Source of the DNA: Callorhinchus milii
Lineage: Eukaryota
NCBI RefSeq assembly: GCF_018977255.1
Contig: NW_024704742.1
Location: forward strand, 55,492,001 to 55,556,000
DNA length: 64,000 nucleotides
Direction of reading: 5' to 3'
Shown in pieces: positions 49,087-62,335 of the stretch. Within the stretch, counting starts at the first letter, position 1; the number at the start of each line of letters is the position of its first letter. The notes beneath the pieces are model-generated. The model saw only the letters and a list, made by a program, of their open reading frames with translations. It did not search any database and was not told the DNA's origin. The position numbers and the translations under genes were made by a program.

Positions 49087-52000
49087 TTAACATGTGGAAC
49101 CAAAAATCACGTCGAAGAAAATTCTTTTGCAAGCAACAAGGCCATGTTCCAAGCAAAGTTTCCAGTGAAACTTTACTGTGCTTTGCTAAAAACTGAGATG
49201 GTTTGAAAATTGAGATGTTTTAGTTTCACATTTTTTATGCGGAAAATTATACCTTTTCTATAAATTATGTTTCTTTTGATTCCTACTCCTTCTGAGCTCA
49301 GAAAGGTGAAACGATTTTTGATGATGAGCCTTGTTTGTCAACTCTGATTGTTCAAACAGACGTTAAATATCCCATGTCACTACAGCATTTGAAAACGTGC
49401 TGGTTATTGTGGTGTTCTGGCTGATATTCCTTTCAACCATTTTCACTTAAAAATGTTACAACACAATAAAATCTACATTTATATAGCACTTTTCATGTCG
49501 GGAAGATGTCTCAAAGCGTTAACAAAGCTGGATGGGCAGCGCAGCTGGGAATGGGAGCCAAGGGGTTTGGGGAGGGGAAAGCTGATCGAATGCAGGGTCA
49601 ATTTTTCTTCCAAAAAAATTATTCGAATAGTTCCAGAGAACGGAGGCAGAATGTTTGTGGAATGTTACTGCTGTTGATTAACTGCTATGTTTTCTTATGA
49701 AACAACAGTCGCTAATGACTCTTCAAAGTAACTGACAGTAAAAAACGCTTTGAGACATTTCAACATGATTAGGTGCTGTATTAAATACTATCAATAATGT
49801 TCAGAATGCAGCACAATGTTTGCTAAGAATGATATCTGGAGAACCAAGGGGCAAATACGAACTGAATGGCTTTGTTTTGGATTGCCAAGGAAGCAAAAGC
49901 GTTAAAGAAACTAATTATATATGTTGTAAATTCAGAACTTAAACAATTCTCTTATTAACTGTTGCAATTGTAAAGGCTTATTATCTATCATGCTACTCGG
50001 CTCACTGTGTGTATGCCCAAGTTTGGAAAATTAGAGTTTAGAGGGCGAGAAGTTGAAATGTCCATGACACAATTACTGTTATTAAGTATTCTCTGTCATG
50101 GATGAATGCTGTGTCAATTATGTTAGTTTGGTTTCTATAGAAACCACCAATCGCTACTTTGTGCGTGGGAGTTGGTAATAATTTTTGTGATGTTTTATAC
50201 TGATGGTCTGTGAGTAAAGAAGCGATCCAACATTCTGATGTGTGATTGGAGTGTCCACTAATATGTAATCCATGCAACTTACATTTACTCTGCTTTGAAG
50301 ATTTGTTTTTTTATGACTTAATTTGGTGTAGTGTTTTCTTATCTGTGCTGTTTTTCTCTTGTTTTGCCCTGCCTGGCCTCTTATACATGGTCTTAAAGAT
50401 TTTATCCCTCTGATTTATTTCCACTGCTTACAGGAACACTAATTCCTTCCAGTCACAAACCACTAGATGTGGTTTATGGCTGGAATCTTCACATCCACTC
50501 CAAGTGCCTCTAACTGTATCTCTCCCATTATTACACAAACTCGCTGTGCCCCTTGATTGATGTGTATCTAAATCCTATTCCCACCTTATCTATGTTCTTT
50601 ATGCTTCCATACCTCCATCATGTCTCAGATGACTCACATAGACTTAGCTGACATTCCATAGCAGTCCTGGGGTGCCTTGCATTGTCAGAGATGCTGTGCT
50701 TCAGATGAGATGTTAAATAAGCCCCTGTCTGCCTGTTCAGGTGGATGTTAAAGATCCCATGGCACATCCCAATCCATGTATTTGTTAGCAAATGCAGCAG
50801 CCAATTTGTGCACAACAGTACATCACAACTTACATTATATAGCACGTTTTATGTCATGGGGACATTTCTAAGCGTCCCACCAACAACTATGAAGTCAATG
50901 ACCAATTTTGTCTGAAGGATTGTTGGCATGGAATAGTGCCGTGGGATTTTTAACATCCACCTGAACAGGAGACAGGACCTGAGTTAAATATCACATCTGA
51001 AGAATGGTAAGTACGATGGTACAGTATCACTGTATAACCTACAGCTCTAGTATGTAAAGCTGCAAATAAAAAAAATATAAAGAAATTAAATTGCAATACA
51101 TCTTGAAGCAGAAATGCTGATGGTGTAAAATTACAAACTAGAGGGACCAAACAACTGATTTTCAATTCAAAGAAAGTGAGTTTTCTCTGCTAGGGAGCCC
51201 ATGGGTGATGTGGTGGCATTAAGTCGGAGTTTCCATATGCTGCAAATTACAAGAAGCAGAGGATCATTTGCTTATGCATTTGTTGAATTAAGCCCTTAAA
51301 GATTAGCTCCAGCCAGTGGGAACACCAACTAAACTATCTTTTTGAGCTCCTGGAGCCCATGTTATATGACAGATGGATTTCCTTCACATGACTAAGTCAG
51401 ATGGAGAATAAGCATCAGAGGATACTTAAAAGTCTTAAGCTAATTGTAGATAAGCATTATGGGTGAAAGCTTAACGTATGTCATTCCAGATTTAGACTTA
51501 ACATATTGGAGGTAGTATCTCAAATTGTAATCTAATTTGCTCACTGGTATAGGTTCCCGAGCTCCAGGAGCCTGTCAGTATTGATTTATCTATACAGGAG
51601 TTGCTTCCCTTTTCTCTTATGTTAATAAATCTATGAGCTTGCTTGGTAGGGATCCAAAAACAACAGTTGTCCCACATCTTGTATGTCACCCATTTTATTC
51701 CATCACAGATGGAAGTCTGTGAAGTTACACTTTCCACAGTGGGTCACTAGAAAGTGTAAGAGTAGAAACGAGATCCCTGTACACTTCATTTTGTACTTTA
51801 ATTTACAATTATTACACAGGCATTTGATTTATATTTGTAATCTATTCTACGGGAAAAGTAATAGTGCATTGCCCCTTTTTCAATTGATTACGATTTTATG
51901 TTTTATTTAATTACCTATTGTTGGGGTTACCTCTGTGACCCTGCTAAATCACCCTGATTATTGCAAGATAATTGATTTTTAAATTTATGAAACGATAAGT

Positions 52001-52819
52001 GAGTTATTTAGAAAGCACAAAAGCATTTATTGTAATCATCTGTGATGTAGGACATGGGACCAGAATTTAACATGGAGACACATTGGTAACTTCTCTGAAT
52101 AACACTGGTTCGCTTTCTACCAGCTGAGCAAATCACCTACCCATTATACAATCCCAAGGGGAAAGGGTTTAGTGGGACTCATTTGGAGTATTCCAATAGG
52201 ACTCTAATATGCACTTCTGTCCCAGGTGGCAAAAGTACATTTGCTTGAGCTAACAGTCACATCGCCAAGGTAACACAACAAATGCAGTCGCTGTAAATCA
52301 CACCAAATGTGACCTTTGAGTCCCAGCTACCATGCTGGTGTGCTCAGCTGGAGATTAATTCACTCTCCATGGGTCTATGATCTATTTCTCACATTAAACC
52401 TCAAAGTACTGTACACAAAAACTAAGAAAGCAGCTTGTTTTCTTGTAGCATATCTCAAGGATATAATTTTATTCCAACAGCTTGTGCAGCGCTGCAGATT
52501 ATTTCATTTAAAAGCTGTGAACATCACTCAGATCTAATAGAATTTTCCAGTTTAATTATCTTATTGTTTTCTCTTTAAAATGAATTGCATTGCAATCGAG
52601 TTGTGCAAATATATTTTTTAATGAATAATGAACACTGCAAACCTAGATTGAAACCCACACTACATCATACAAATTTTGAAGCTGAATAAACACTTTTAAC
52701 AAATGAGATTCAGTAGGTACCTTTGCTTCATTTTGCTGGGGGATGGAGGTGGGGTGGAGTAGAGAAACAAGTTGGAGACGAAGTTTTGATATTGTGAAAT
52801 AATATTCTTCAGATATTAG

Positions 52820-53212
52820 GTGGCATTAGTAGCACTTTCTCTCAAAGCGGTGTGGGTTCAATCCTTACGTAAAGGCTTGACTGATAATTTTAGCTAACAC
52901 TCCAGTGCAGCACTGGCGGAGTGCTGCTTTGTCAGAGGTGTCGACTTTTGGAAAAAGTCCTAAACTGAGCCAGGTGAATGTTAAAAAGTCAGATCTTAGT
53001 GAGGTGGATATTAAACATCCCTTGACATTATTTGAAAGCAGAAGATAATTTTTCCCAGTGGCCCAGCCAACAATCCTCTACATTAAATGAGAGGCCATGC
53101 TGGTACGAATTGTTTTCATGTTGCCTTCAAAACAGCCACTGTCATTTACAGTAATTGCTTGTGAAAAACATTGAGAAATGTTGAGGTTGTAAGGGGCGGT
53201 ATAAATGCAAGT
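52820..53212 (+). mobile_element. SacSINE1-like DeuSINE
   Basis: gtgggttcaatcc B box, ctaacactccagtgcagcactggcggagtgctgc, ggtggatattaaacatccc. Confidence 0.65.
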
Positions 53213-53877
53213 GAAAACAAAGATCATTTGGAGGCAAAGGTTTCTTTAACAGATATAAAGCAGGATAAGTTTGAACATTGTGCAATTACTGTAAGATTGG
53301 ATCAGTAATTCTGCTTCAGCAGCTTGGAGGATGGAACTGAATGATTGTCTCACTTAAGTGAGATCAGATTTGTCTGAATGTTGCAAAGAGGAGAGTTCTT
53401 ATCAAGCCATTTCAAGCTCATAAATAGTTTAGCAGCATTTAAACCAACAAACCAACGAACAAATATTTTAGGTTTCCTATTTTCACCTGAAGTTTTACCC
53501 ATTAAATGTTAATGAAAATCTTGTCATTGAGTTTTCAAAATAACTACTGTACAGGACTGTATTTTGTACCTATCACACCACTACTGGAGTTTGTAAATAT
53601 GTGAAATATTTGGATATAGAGAGTGGGCCGGGCTGATGAATGGACCAATCTGAACTTGAATGTTGTGGACATATTGAACGAGGAATTCAGTGAGAATGGT
53701 TGAAGAGTGTTATCGACATATTTTAGCTTATCGCCATAAAATTGTTAGATCTGGTGTTTTGTTCCTGTGCTTTGTCCTGCCCTTAGGTCAAATTGAATCT
53801 TAAGTGATTTTTATGTCTTTCATATCACAAGACTGTTTCAGATGAAAAGGATACCAGCCAATTTTATTTCACCCTTC

Positions 53878-55285
53878 CAACAACAACAACCACAACAAGA
53901 TTTCATTTATAGAGCGCCATAAGAAATGCTAGACGATATAAATACCAAGATCCATCTAGTTCGCCTTCCACCTTCCTGGCGGTTGCATGCACATATGTCC
54001 CAAACTACCTACGTAATATATCCCATACAACAACAACAACAACGATAACAAGATTGCATTTATAGAGCGCCTTTCACATCGGGAGGATGTCCCAAGGCGC
54101 TGTACAGTTGGGGCAGGACCTGAGCAGGGGGGAAATGGTCAGGGTGAGGGGAGGGAAGGGAGGGAGCGAGGAGGGGGTAGAGAGTCGAGAGGGGAGCTGA
54201 AGGCACGGTCAAAGAGAAAGGTCTTGAGACCGGCCTTGAAGGAGGAAAGTGAGGAAGAAAGGTGAAGATACTGGGGGATGGAGTTCCAGAGCCTAGGGAC
54301 TGAGAGGCTGAAGGCCCGGCCACCAATGGTAGGGCGGTTGGGGAGGGGGATGTGAAGCATACCGGAGCCAGAGGAACAGACGGTACGGGCAGGTAGGTAG
54401 GGGGATAGTAGGTCGGAGAGGTAGGAGGGAGCAAGGCCGTGAATGGCCTTGTAGGTGAGGATGAGGATCTTGAATTCGATCCTCTGGGGGATGGGGAGCC
54501 AGTGGAGGCGAGCGAGGGTGGGAGTGATGTGGTCGCGAAGTCTGGTGCGGGACAGTACACGAGCTGTAGAGTTCTGAATGACCTGCAGCTTGTGGAGGGA
54601 GGTGCCGGGAAAGCCGGCGAGGAGAGAGTTCCCATAGTCCAGCGTTGAGGTGATAAAGGCGTGGACCAGAGTTTCAGCAGCGTGAGGGGTGAGGTAGTGC
54701 CGTAGTCTGGCGATATTCCGGAGATGATGGAAGGCGGTGCCAGTTGTGGTGCGGATATGAGGGAGAAAGGACAGCTCAGGGTCGAACAGAACGCCGAGGT
54801 TCCTGACGGCTTTGAGAGGTGGAGAGTGCAGCCTTGGATGCTGATGCTGTCAGCACCTGAGGTGCGGAGGCGCTGATGTGAGCCAATCAGGAGGGCCTCA
54901 GTTTTACGCACGTTGAGCTGAAGAAAGTTGTCTCTCGTCCAGGACTCGATGTCGGACAGGCAGCTGTCAGGACATCGGTGTTCGTGGAGTTGAGGGTAGA
55001 GAAGGAAAGGTAGAGTTGGGTGTCATCCGCATACATGTGGAAGTTAACCCCATGTCTGCGGATGATGTCACCAAGGGGGAGCATATAGAGGGTGAAGAGG
55101 AGGGGACCGAGGACAGAGCCCTGAGGGACACCGCACGAGACAGTGCGGGCCTGGAGGAGAAGCCATTCGTGGAAACAATTTGAAGATGGTGGGAGAGGTA
55201 CAACCTAAACCACTCAAGGACAGGGCCTTGAAGGTTGAGGTGGGAGGACAAGCGGTGGAGGAGGATAGCGTGGTCGACCGTATCA
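53878..55285 (-). mobile_element. Composite element: L2 RT fragment with tail (54029-55285), CR1-type 3' module (53918-54028), and a second L2 tail (53878-53917)
   Basis: [56 protein letters not shown]. Downstream module as at 39237-39347. Confidence 0.93.
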
Positions 55286-55552
55286 ACAGGCATGAGGTGG
55301 ATGTGCAATGTTATCTGAGGGATTATTGACCGAAGCAATAATAGTGCCATGGGATCTTTAATGCCTATCTCACCAGGCAGACAGGATGTTGGTTTAACAT
55401 CTCATTCAAAGCACGGTATCTCCAACAATGCAGTGCTCCAGCTCCAGCATTGTATTGCAGTGTCAGTCCAGACTGTGAGTTCAAAGTCCTGATGTGGAGC
55501 TTGCACAACACAACCTTTGATGTTGAATTCAGAGACAAGAGTGTTGCCAAAA

Positions 55553-55928
55553 ACCTTTCCTTACTCCACACACCTCTGTTTACCTAGCAGTAAGTAGGAA
55601 CCCGGTTGTTAGTCGATTGGTGGATCACTTTTCCTGGAGTAATAAGCCCTTTTAAAAAAAACAAATAATTTAAATAAATTTATAATTTGGTCACTCAATC
55701 CACAACTGTTTGTGGGACACTGCTGTGCGCAATTGGCTGCTGGGTTCAGCCCACAAAATATAGTCAGATTCACTTTACAGTGTGTTCTGTGAAGCGCTTT
55801 GGGACGTCCTCCCGACGTGAAAAGCGCTATATCAAATGCAAGGATTATTATTATCATTAAGGGCTTTCAGACATCTCTAAACATGATAAGGCACTATGTC
55901 AAATGCAAGGATTATTATTTATTATTAT
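55553..55928 (+). mobile_element. 5'-truncated long-form SINE with young L2-matching tail, followed by a second stacked tail
   Basis: cctctgtttacctagcagtaagtaggaaccc...gcgctttgggacgtcctcccgacgtgaaaagcgc. Confidence 0.85.
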
Positions 55929-57319
55929 TAAATAAACCAGATTAACACTTCAATAGGAAGTTTTACAGAAAAGTGCAGAATTTTGCCCAGGTAGATAGAG
56001 TGGATAGAATGGAATCCATAATCAGGTACATTTTGCAGTCTGTGGAACCAGTATGTTTGTAAAATTATTACCTTCTTCTTCTTCTCAAGAGAATAGCAGC
56101 AAACGTTATTGCCAAAACTGAAAGGCAAATCAGATTGAATTTTAATGGATTAGGAATATTCTGCACATTATCGCAACAGTTTTCAAGGAATTTAGGAATA
56201 ACAAGCAAGCACCTGCCACTTGAAGATAAATAGGATTAAATTCTTAAACTGGAGCCTGAAATGAAAGATGATATGGAGAAGTTTTGCCTGATTAAAGTTC
56301 TGTAATGCCACAATGTGACAATCATAATTTCATCAAAGGGAATATACTATACTTTTAAATTAATCATTCTGTAATTAAAGATACGGACTATTGATGTTTA
56401 CATTATCCACACAGAGCAGACTGACCTACAAGAGTCAAGTTTTAAAAAAACATTAAATGCAAAATTTATGACTCAATTTACACATGGAATGTGCTGTGCC
56501 CAAGTAATGACCTAGACACATCTGTGAAAGTCTTTTCTCAGACAGTGAATCCTTGAAGTCTGACAATTATTTTGTCTGAGCAGTCTGATTATTTTTTCTT
56601 TTTGCTGGTACAGATTTAGCTATTTATTTTTCCTTTATCAAAGTCCTGTATCTCGCTCTGTCTTCAAGGTAGAATATCTTCATCCCATATAGACTGTTTT
56701 TGTCTGCGTAATTGAAATATCTCATTGTGGATGATGATGAATATCATATCAACATTCTGGCCTGTTGGCTCTTTGTGCAAGTATTCACAGGACAATAACC
56801 AGATTATATCAGAAAAATTTGGGTGCAATCCTTTTTTGTTTAGATAAAAGGAAACTTTTTTTAAAAAGAGACAGCAACATAATTTGATGTATAATTATGA
56901 CTGCTTAGTAGTTTGATTGAATAACTTGTTTTTAACCTAGAAAAGAACTTGAGGGCGAAGAGATGCTGGACAAAGCTAAGCTCAAAATAAAAGCTTCCAA
57001 CACGGTCTTTTTCTTCATAAAACAATTGAACGGCTGTGCATTTCCAAGATTTTTGGATTCTAATAAAATAAATAATAATCCTTGAATTTGATATAGCGCT
57101 TTATCGCTCTGTTGAGACATCTCAAAGCATTTCAGGGGAGTTTATGGTAAAGTGTAGTGACTGTATTTGAAGCTAAACATGGCAGCTAATTTTATTTCAG
57201 ACTTGTATTACAATGAGTTGTATAATGGATCAGTGTTGGATGCTGGATGTTAAACTGCTGTTGGAGTTTAAGGTATCATATTAAGCCCCAAATATCTCAA
57301 GGCTGTAGCCTTAACAACA

Positions 57320-58226
57320 GTGCCTTCTTGTTCGACCCTCAACTGTCTTTTTCTTCCCCACATCCAAGCCATGACCAGCTCTGCCTTCCCTCACCTCCGT
57401 AACATCGCCCGACTCTGCCACTACCTCACCCCTCAGGCCGCTGAAACTCTTGTTCGTGCCTTCATCACCTCCAGGCTCAACTATGCAAATGTCCTGCTTG
57501 TCGGCCTTCCCAACTCCTCCCTCCACAGGCTGCAGAAAATCCAGAACTCTATAGCCCGTGTCCTCTTTTGCACCAAACTCCGTGACCCCATCTCCCCCAT
57601 TCTCGCCCGAATCCATTGGCTCCCTATCCTTCAGAGGATCCAGTTCAAGATCCTGGTCCTCACCTACAAAGCCCTCCATGGCCTCGTTCCACCCTAATCT
57701 CTGTGACCTCCTAAACCCCTACCAACCCTCCCACTCCCTCCACTCAGCCGACTCCGGCCTGCTCCACGTCCCCCGACTCACCCGTCCCACCATTGACAGG
57801 AGAGCCTTCAGCCACTCTGCCCCCATCCTCTGGAATTCCATCCCCCAACCACTCAGCCTCGTCCCCTCCTTAGCCTCCTTCAAGTCCCGCCTCAAGACCC
57901 TCCTCTTCAACCATGTCATCGGCCACCCCCTTCCACTCCCCTCCCCTCTTCCCCCCTGACCCCAGCTTAGGTCTGATATGTTGTACACTGTCCAGCGCCT
58001 TGGGACGTCGTCCTGACGTGAAATGCCTCCACCTCACCCCTTCCCTTGCCTCTTTCAAGACCCTTCTCAAGACCCTCCTCTTCGACTGTGCTTTTGGTCA
58101 CCCTCCTTCCCCCCCTGCCCTCCACCCTCACCGATCCTGACCCCCAGCTCAGGTCCAAAACACTGATTGTCCAGCACCTTGGGACGTCCTTCCAATGTGA
58201 AAGGCGTTATACAAATGTAATTTGTA
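57320..58226 (+). mobile_element. L2 ORF2 C-terminal fragment with a duplicated 3' end
   Basis: AETLVRAFITSRLNYANVLL..RLQKIQNSIARVL..IHWLPILQRIQFKIL. The 3' UTR and tail occur twice (to about 58023 and about 58226). Confidence 0.93.
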
Positions 58227-60721
58227 TAGAAATGGCACAGAGCCCTACTAATATAATTCTGGTTCTAGCAACCTACTTCATTGTTTTCATGTGAATGGAC
58301 AAAAGAGAGATCAGCAGCTCTCAATAATGCTTTAGCATCATGTTTCAGAACAACTTGCGCTGTCTTCATGGAAACTGGCAAAATGGCTATTTTTAAATTT
58401 CCGATGTGATTTTCTTCCAGATTAGAGTTCCTGCAGGTCAACAAGATTTCTAACTAAATTTTTTTACAATTAAGGAATTCAATTAATCCATTCTGCAATG
58501 ATTATCTTGTTTGATATTTTTAGTACAAATTATAATATTATAATTACATACAAATGGAATTTGTTTTTTCACAAGTTCACAAGAGGGGTACAGATGAAGT
58601 CATACTAAAGCTGTTGTATGCACAATTCTGATCACTGCAACATAAGAGAGCAGCCCAATCCCTGGAGGCAGTAGAGAAGGGAGCATTGAAGCTGATCCTC
58701 TGTTTTAAAGGGATGATAACCAATAGGGCTCTTAAACCTAAAAATGAGACCTCTCAGAGAGGGTATTTTAGAGGTATATACAATGCTTAACAGGATTGAG
58801 ACTGTAAACATTGCACTTTCCTCCTCTTAGAATGCAAATGCAGCACTTATTTTAATCCTTATTTTAAGTTTCACAGATTTGAGTCTGGTATTCGATTAAA
58901 TCTTGGTGATGCTGGGATTTGTAAATTAGACTTTTCTAAGAGTCAAGCATGGGTTATCTTCTGATTGGACTGGATTGGATCCATTCTGCAATGATTATCT
59001 TGTTTGATATTTTTAGTACAACAGCAATAAGTATTTACAATTGAAGTGAACACAAAGAGGAAAATGTAATGTGGTATTAACACCATTGAAATAAGCTTTA
59101 ATGTTAAGGGTGCTACACTCGGTTAGAAATGTCCGTTGAGTTAGATGGCCAATTTTCTTAAACTAATATTTAAGAAAAGGTTAACAGGCCAATGCTACAT
59201 TGTGTATTGAATCGCTTTTACTCATTAGCAGAATGATTTGAATTTCAGCATAATATGTAACACCATTTAGAAAGAGGAACACTCTTCTGCCCTAATAATT
59301 GACAAGGATGTGTCCATTAACTCCAGCACGTGCCTGAAGACTTACGGCAACGGTTCTCAAATAGCAAGCAAGGTAATCTTTTGTTTAGATTGCCAAAGGC
59401 TAGAACATGACCTGAATCGTTTGATACTTGCAAACATTTCATGGATTTCATTTTCACAGGTTTCATTTACTTGCAAATTTGGCTAGCTTCGAGCAATGGG
59501 GAAGACCATAAATTTTTCCAAAAACTACATTTTCACCGTTGAAAATATGAACTATCTGTAAGGAACTTGGTGATGGGCATCAAAATTAAATTTTTTGAAT
59601 GCGGGTCTAAAACTGTGGGTGTTAGGCTCTCACAATTTTTATCCATAGATTAACTAAAAATAAATTATTCAGGCATGGTTTAAGGGCTCTAATGGATATT
59701 CCTCAACGGTGAAGATTAGTAATTTTCTCTTTGGTGTGAAACAGTGGTTCAAGTAATGGGCCTTACTAGGTGTTGATCTTGTGTTTGGGACAGCGGGTTG
59801 TGAGTTCAAGTCCCATGTCAGAATCTGAGCTCATATTCTATTTATGTAGTGTTGGCTGAGGAGCGCTAACTCTTGTTGTGTCTATCTGTTCAGAAGGATA
59901 TTAAAGATCCATTGATACTATTCAAAAAGAGGAGTGTCTCCTGGTATCCTGACCAACATTCCTCCCAGTTATTTGGCCATTCACAATGACTGTCTGTAGG
60001 GCTTCACCATGTGAAAACTGGCTCCTGGGTTGTTCTCCTTGGAGCCATTTGAATGCTGATAGTTTTCTGGCCAAGGACGAGAGCAGGAATTTCATCTCCT
60101 TCCTAGTAGATTCACAGTCCGAACCTGATTTGTTTAAAAAAAAGGAACTTAGAACCTTAAGAGTTAAAATTTACAAATTAAAAATAAAAAAAGCTCTTGC
60201 CTCAGGGTCAACAAAATGTCAGTGTTAGGATCCAGACAGTAACTTCTGAGGTTAGTGATAGTTATTTGCTATTTTTAACTGTTTTTTTGATCGATGTGAT
60301 AATTATCAATGGTGATATTGCATGGTACAATTTTGACCGCAGGCTGTGTTATTGTGATATGTGTGGGTAGAAATTAAACGATAATAATCCCAGAGCCTTT
60401 CATGTTGGGAGGAAGTGTCTGTGTATGAGTGGTGGGTGGGTGCGGGTGTTTAAGCTTATAAATTACTTGTTTCAGTTATTCTGAAGTCCAATTCTATCAC
60501 TTGCCCAGTGAATCTCTGGTACACATTATGTGAGTAACTGACTAGGTTAAAAGCAAGTAACATTTTCTTCACAGAAATATAGCCTCCATTTCCCTGGATA
60601 TATGAAGTGTCTTGATTGACATTCCGTAACAGTAATAAGGATGCGTAATGACATGATAAAAATAAAACAAGTTACAAGTTTGGTATTAACATGTAGCATT
60701 GATTTCAAAATGTAAGTGCAT

Positions 60722-61090
60722 ACAACAACAGCAACAACAAAATGACATTTGAATAGCGCCTTTCACGTTGGGAGGACGTACCAAGGTGCTGAACAATCAG
60801 TGTTTCGGACCTGAGCTGGGCATCGGAATTGGGGGTTGGGAAGGATGGAGGGCAGGGGTGGAAGGAGGATGATCAAAGGCACAGTTGAAGAGGAGGGTCT
60901 TGAGACGGGTCTTGAAGAAGGAAAGGGAAGGGGTGTGGTGGAGGGACTGTGGGATGGAGTTCCAGAGAGTGGGGGCTGAAGACCCACCCACCATTGTGGG
61001 GCGGGCGAGGTGGGGGACCCGAAGCAGGCCGGAACTCACTTAGCGGAGGGAGCTGGCAGGTTGGTCGGGGTTAGGTGATCACAGAGGTCG
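60722..61090 (-). mobile_element. L2 3' fragment
   Basis: SGLLRVP..APTLWNSIP..FKTRLKTLLF. Confidence 0.88.
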
Positions 61091-61693
61091 GGGAAGCTCC
61101 ATACTAATAAAGTATGGAGATTTAAAGACTAAAGCCTTAGCACATTGCAGTCAGACGTTTCAGAAAGATTTCCTAAAGAAAGGCCTTTGAAATGCTATCA
61201 ATAGCACTTGCATACTGTGAAAGATGTTAGTTAAGCCAAAGGGATCATTTGCATTATCTGAAGACTTATTTATCTAAAACAAACCTTAAGTCTCTTGTAC
61301 TGCTTGTCAGATTAATGCCACTGGGGGAATATTTTGAACCAGGCAAATCTGAAAAGAGATTAAATCACAAATTAGAGGCGAGATCAGCACGTGAAGAACC
61401 ATTAAGTCTGATATTCATGGAAAGGTTAGAAAAACATATACTGTTGGATTCCTACAAACAATAGGGTACAAGAGGGTTCAGTGATTATTCAGAGTGCTGT
61501 GAAACTAGCTAAGAATGTAAATGTAACACTGCATATGCCTTTTTGTATTGTGTGTAACAAAGTAATGTTTAACAACAGAAGTACCTCAGAATCTGATGAA
61601 AATTACAAGGAGAAGTGAAGGGAAACTGAGGAGGAGCACAGGGGAACTTTAAAGATGAGTGAAGGATTGTCAGCAAATAGCTGACTGGGAATA

Positions 61694-62335
61694 AACAACA
61701 ACAACAACAACAAAATTACATTTGTACAGCTCCTTTCATGTTCGGAGGACTTCCCAAGGTGCTGGACAGTGAGTGTTTGAGACCTGAGCTGGTCATAGGG
61801 ATTGGGGAGGGTGGAGAGCAGGGGGGGGAAGGAGATGATAGAAAGCACAGTTGAAGAGGAGAGTCTTGAGATGGGTATTGAAGGAGGGAAGGGGCGAGGC
61901 GGAGAGACTACAGGATGGAGTTTCAGAGGGTGGGGCAGATTGGCTGAAGGCCCGCCCACCAATGGTGGTGCAGGCAAGGAGGGGGACGTGAAGCAGGCCG
62001 GAGGCCACTGAGTGGAGGGAGTGAGCAGGTTGGTTACGAGGTTGCAGAGGTGAGGGGACACAGGGCCACAGAGGACTTTGAAGGTGAGGACCAGGATCTT
62101 GAACTGTATCCTCTGTGTGATGGGAAGCTAGTGAAGTCGGGTGAGGATGGGGATCATAAGGACACGGATCCTGGTGCGGGAGAGGACGTGGGCTGCAGAG
62201 TTCAGGATGATCTGTAGCCTATGGAGGGAGGAGTTGGGGATGGCGCCAAGCAGGGAGTTTGCATAGTAAAGTCTCAATGTAATGAATGCATGTATGAGGG
62301 TTTCAGCAGCCTGTGATGTGAGACAGTGGCGGAGA
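61694..62335 (-). mobile_element. L2 3' fragment
   Basis: AETLIHAFITLRLYYANSLL, IQFKILVLTFKVL, IGGRAFS, LKTLLF and a (GTT)n tail. Confidence 0.9.
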
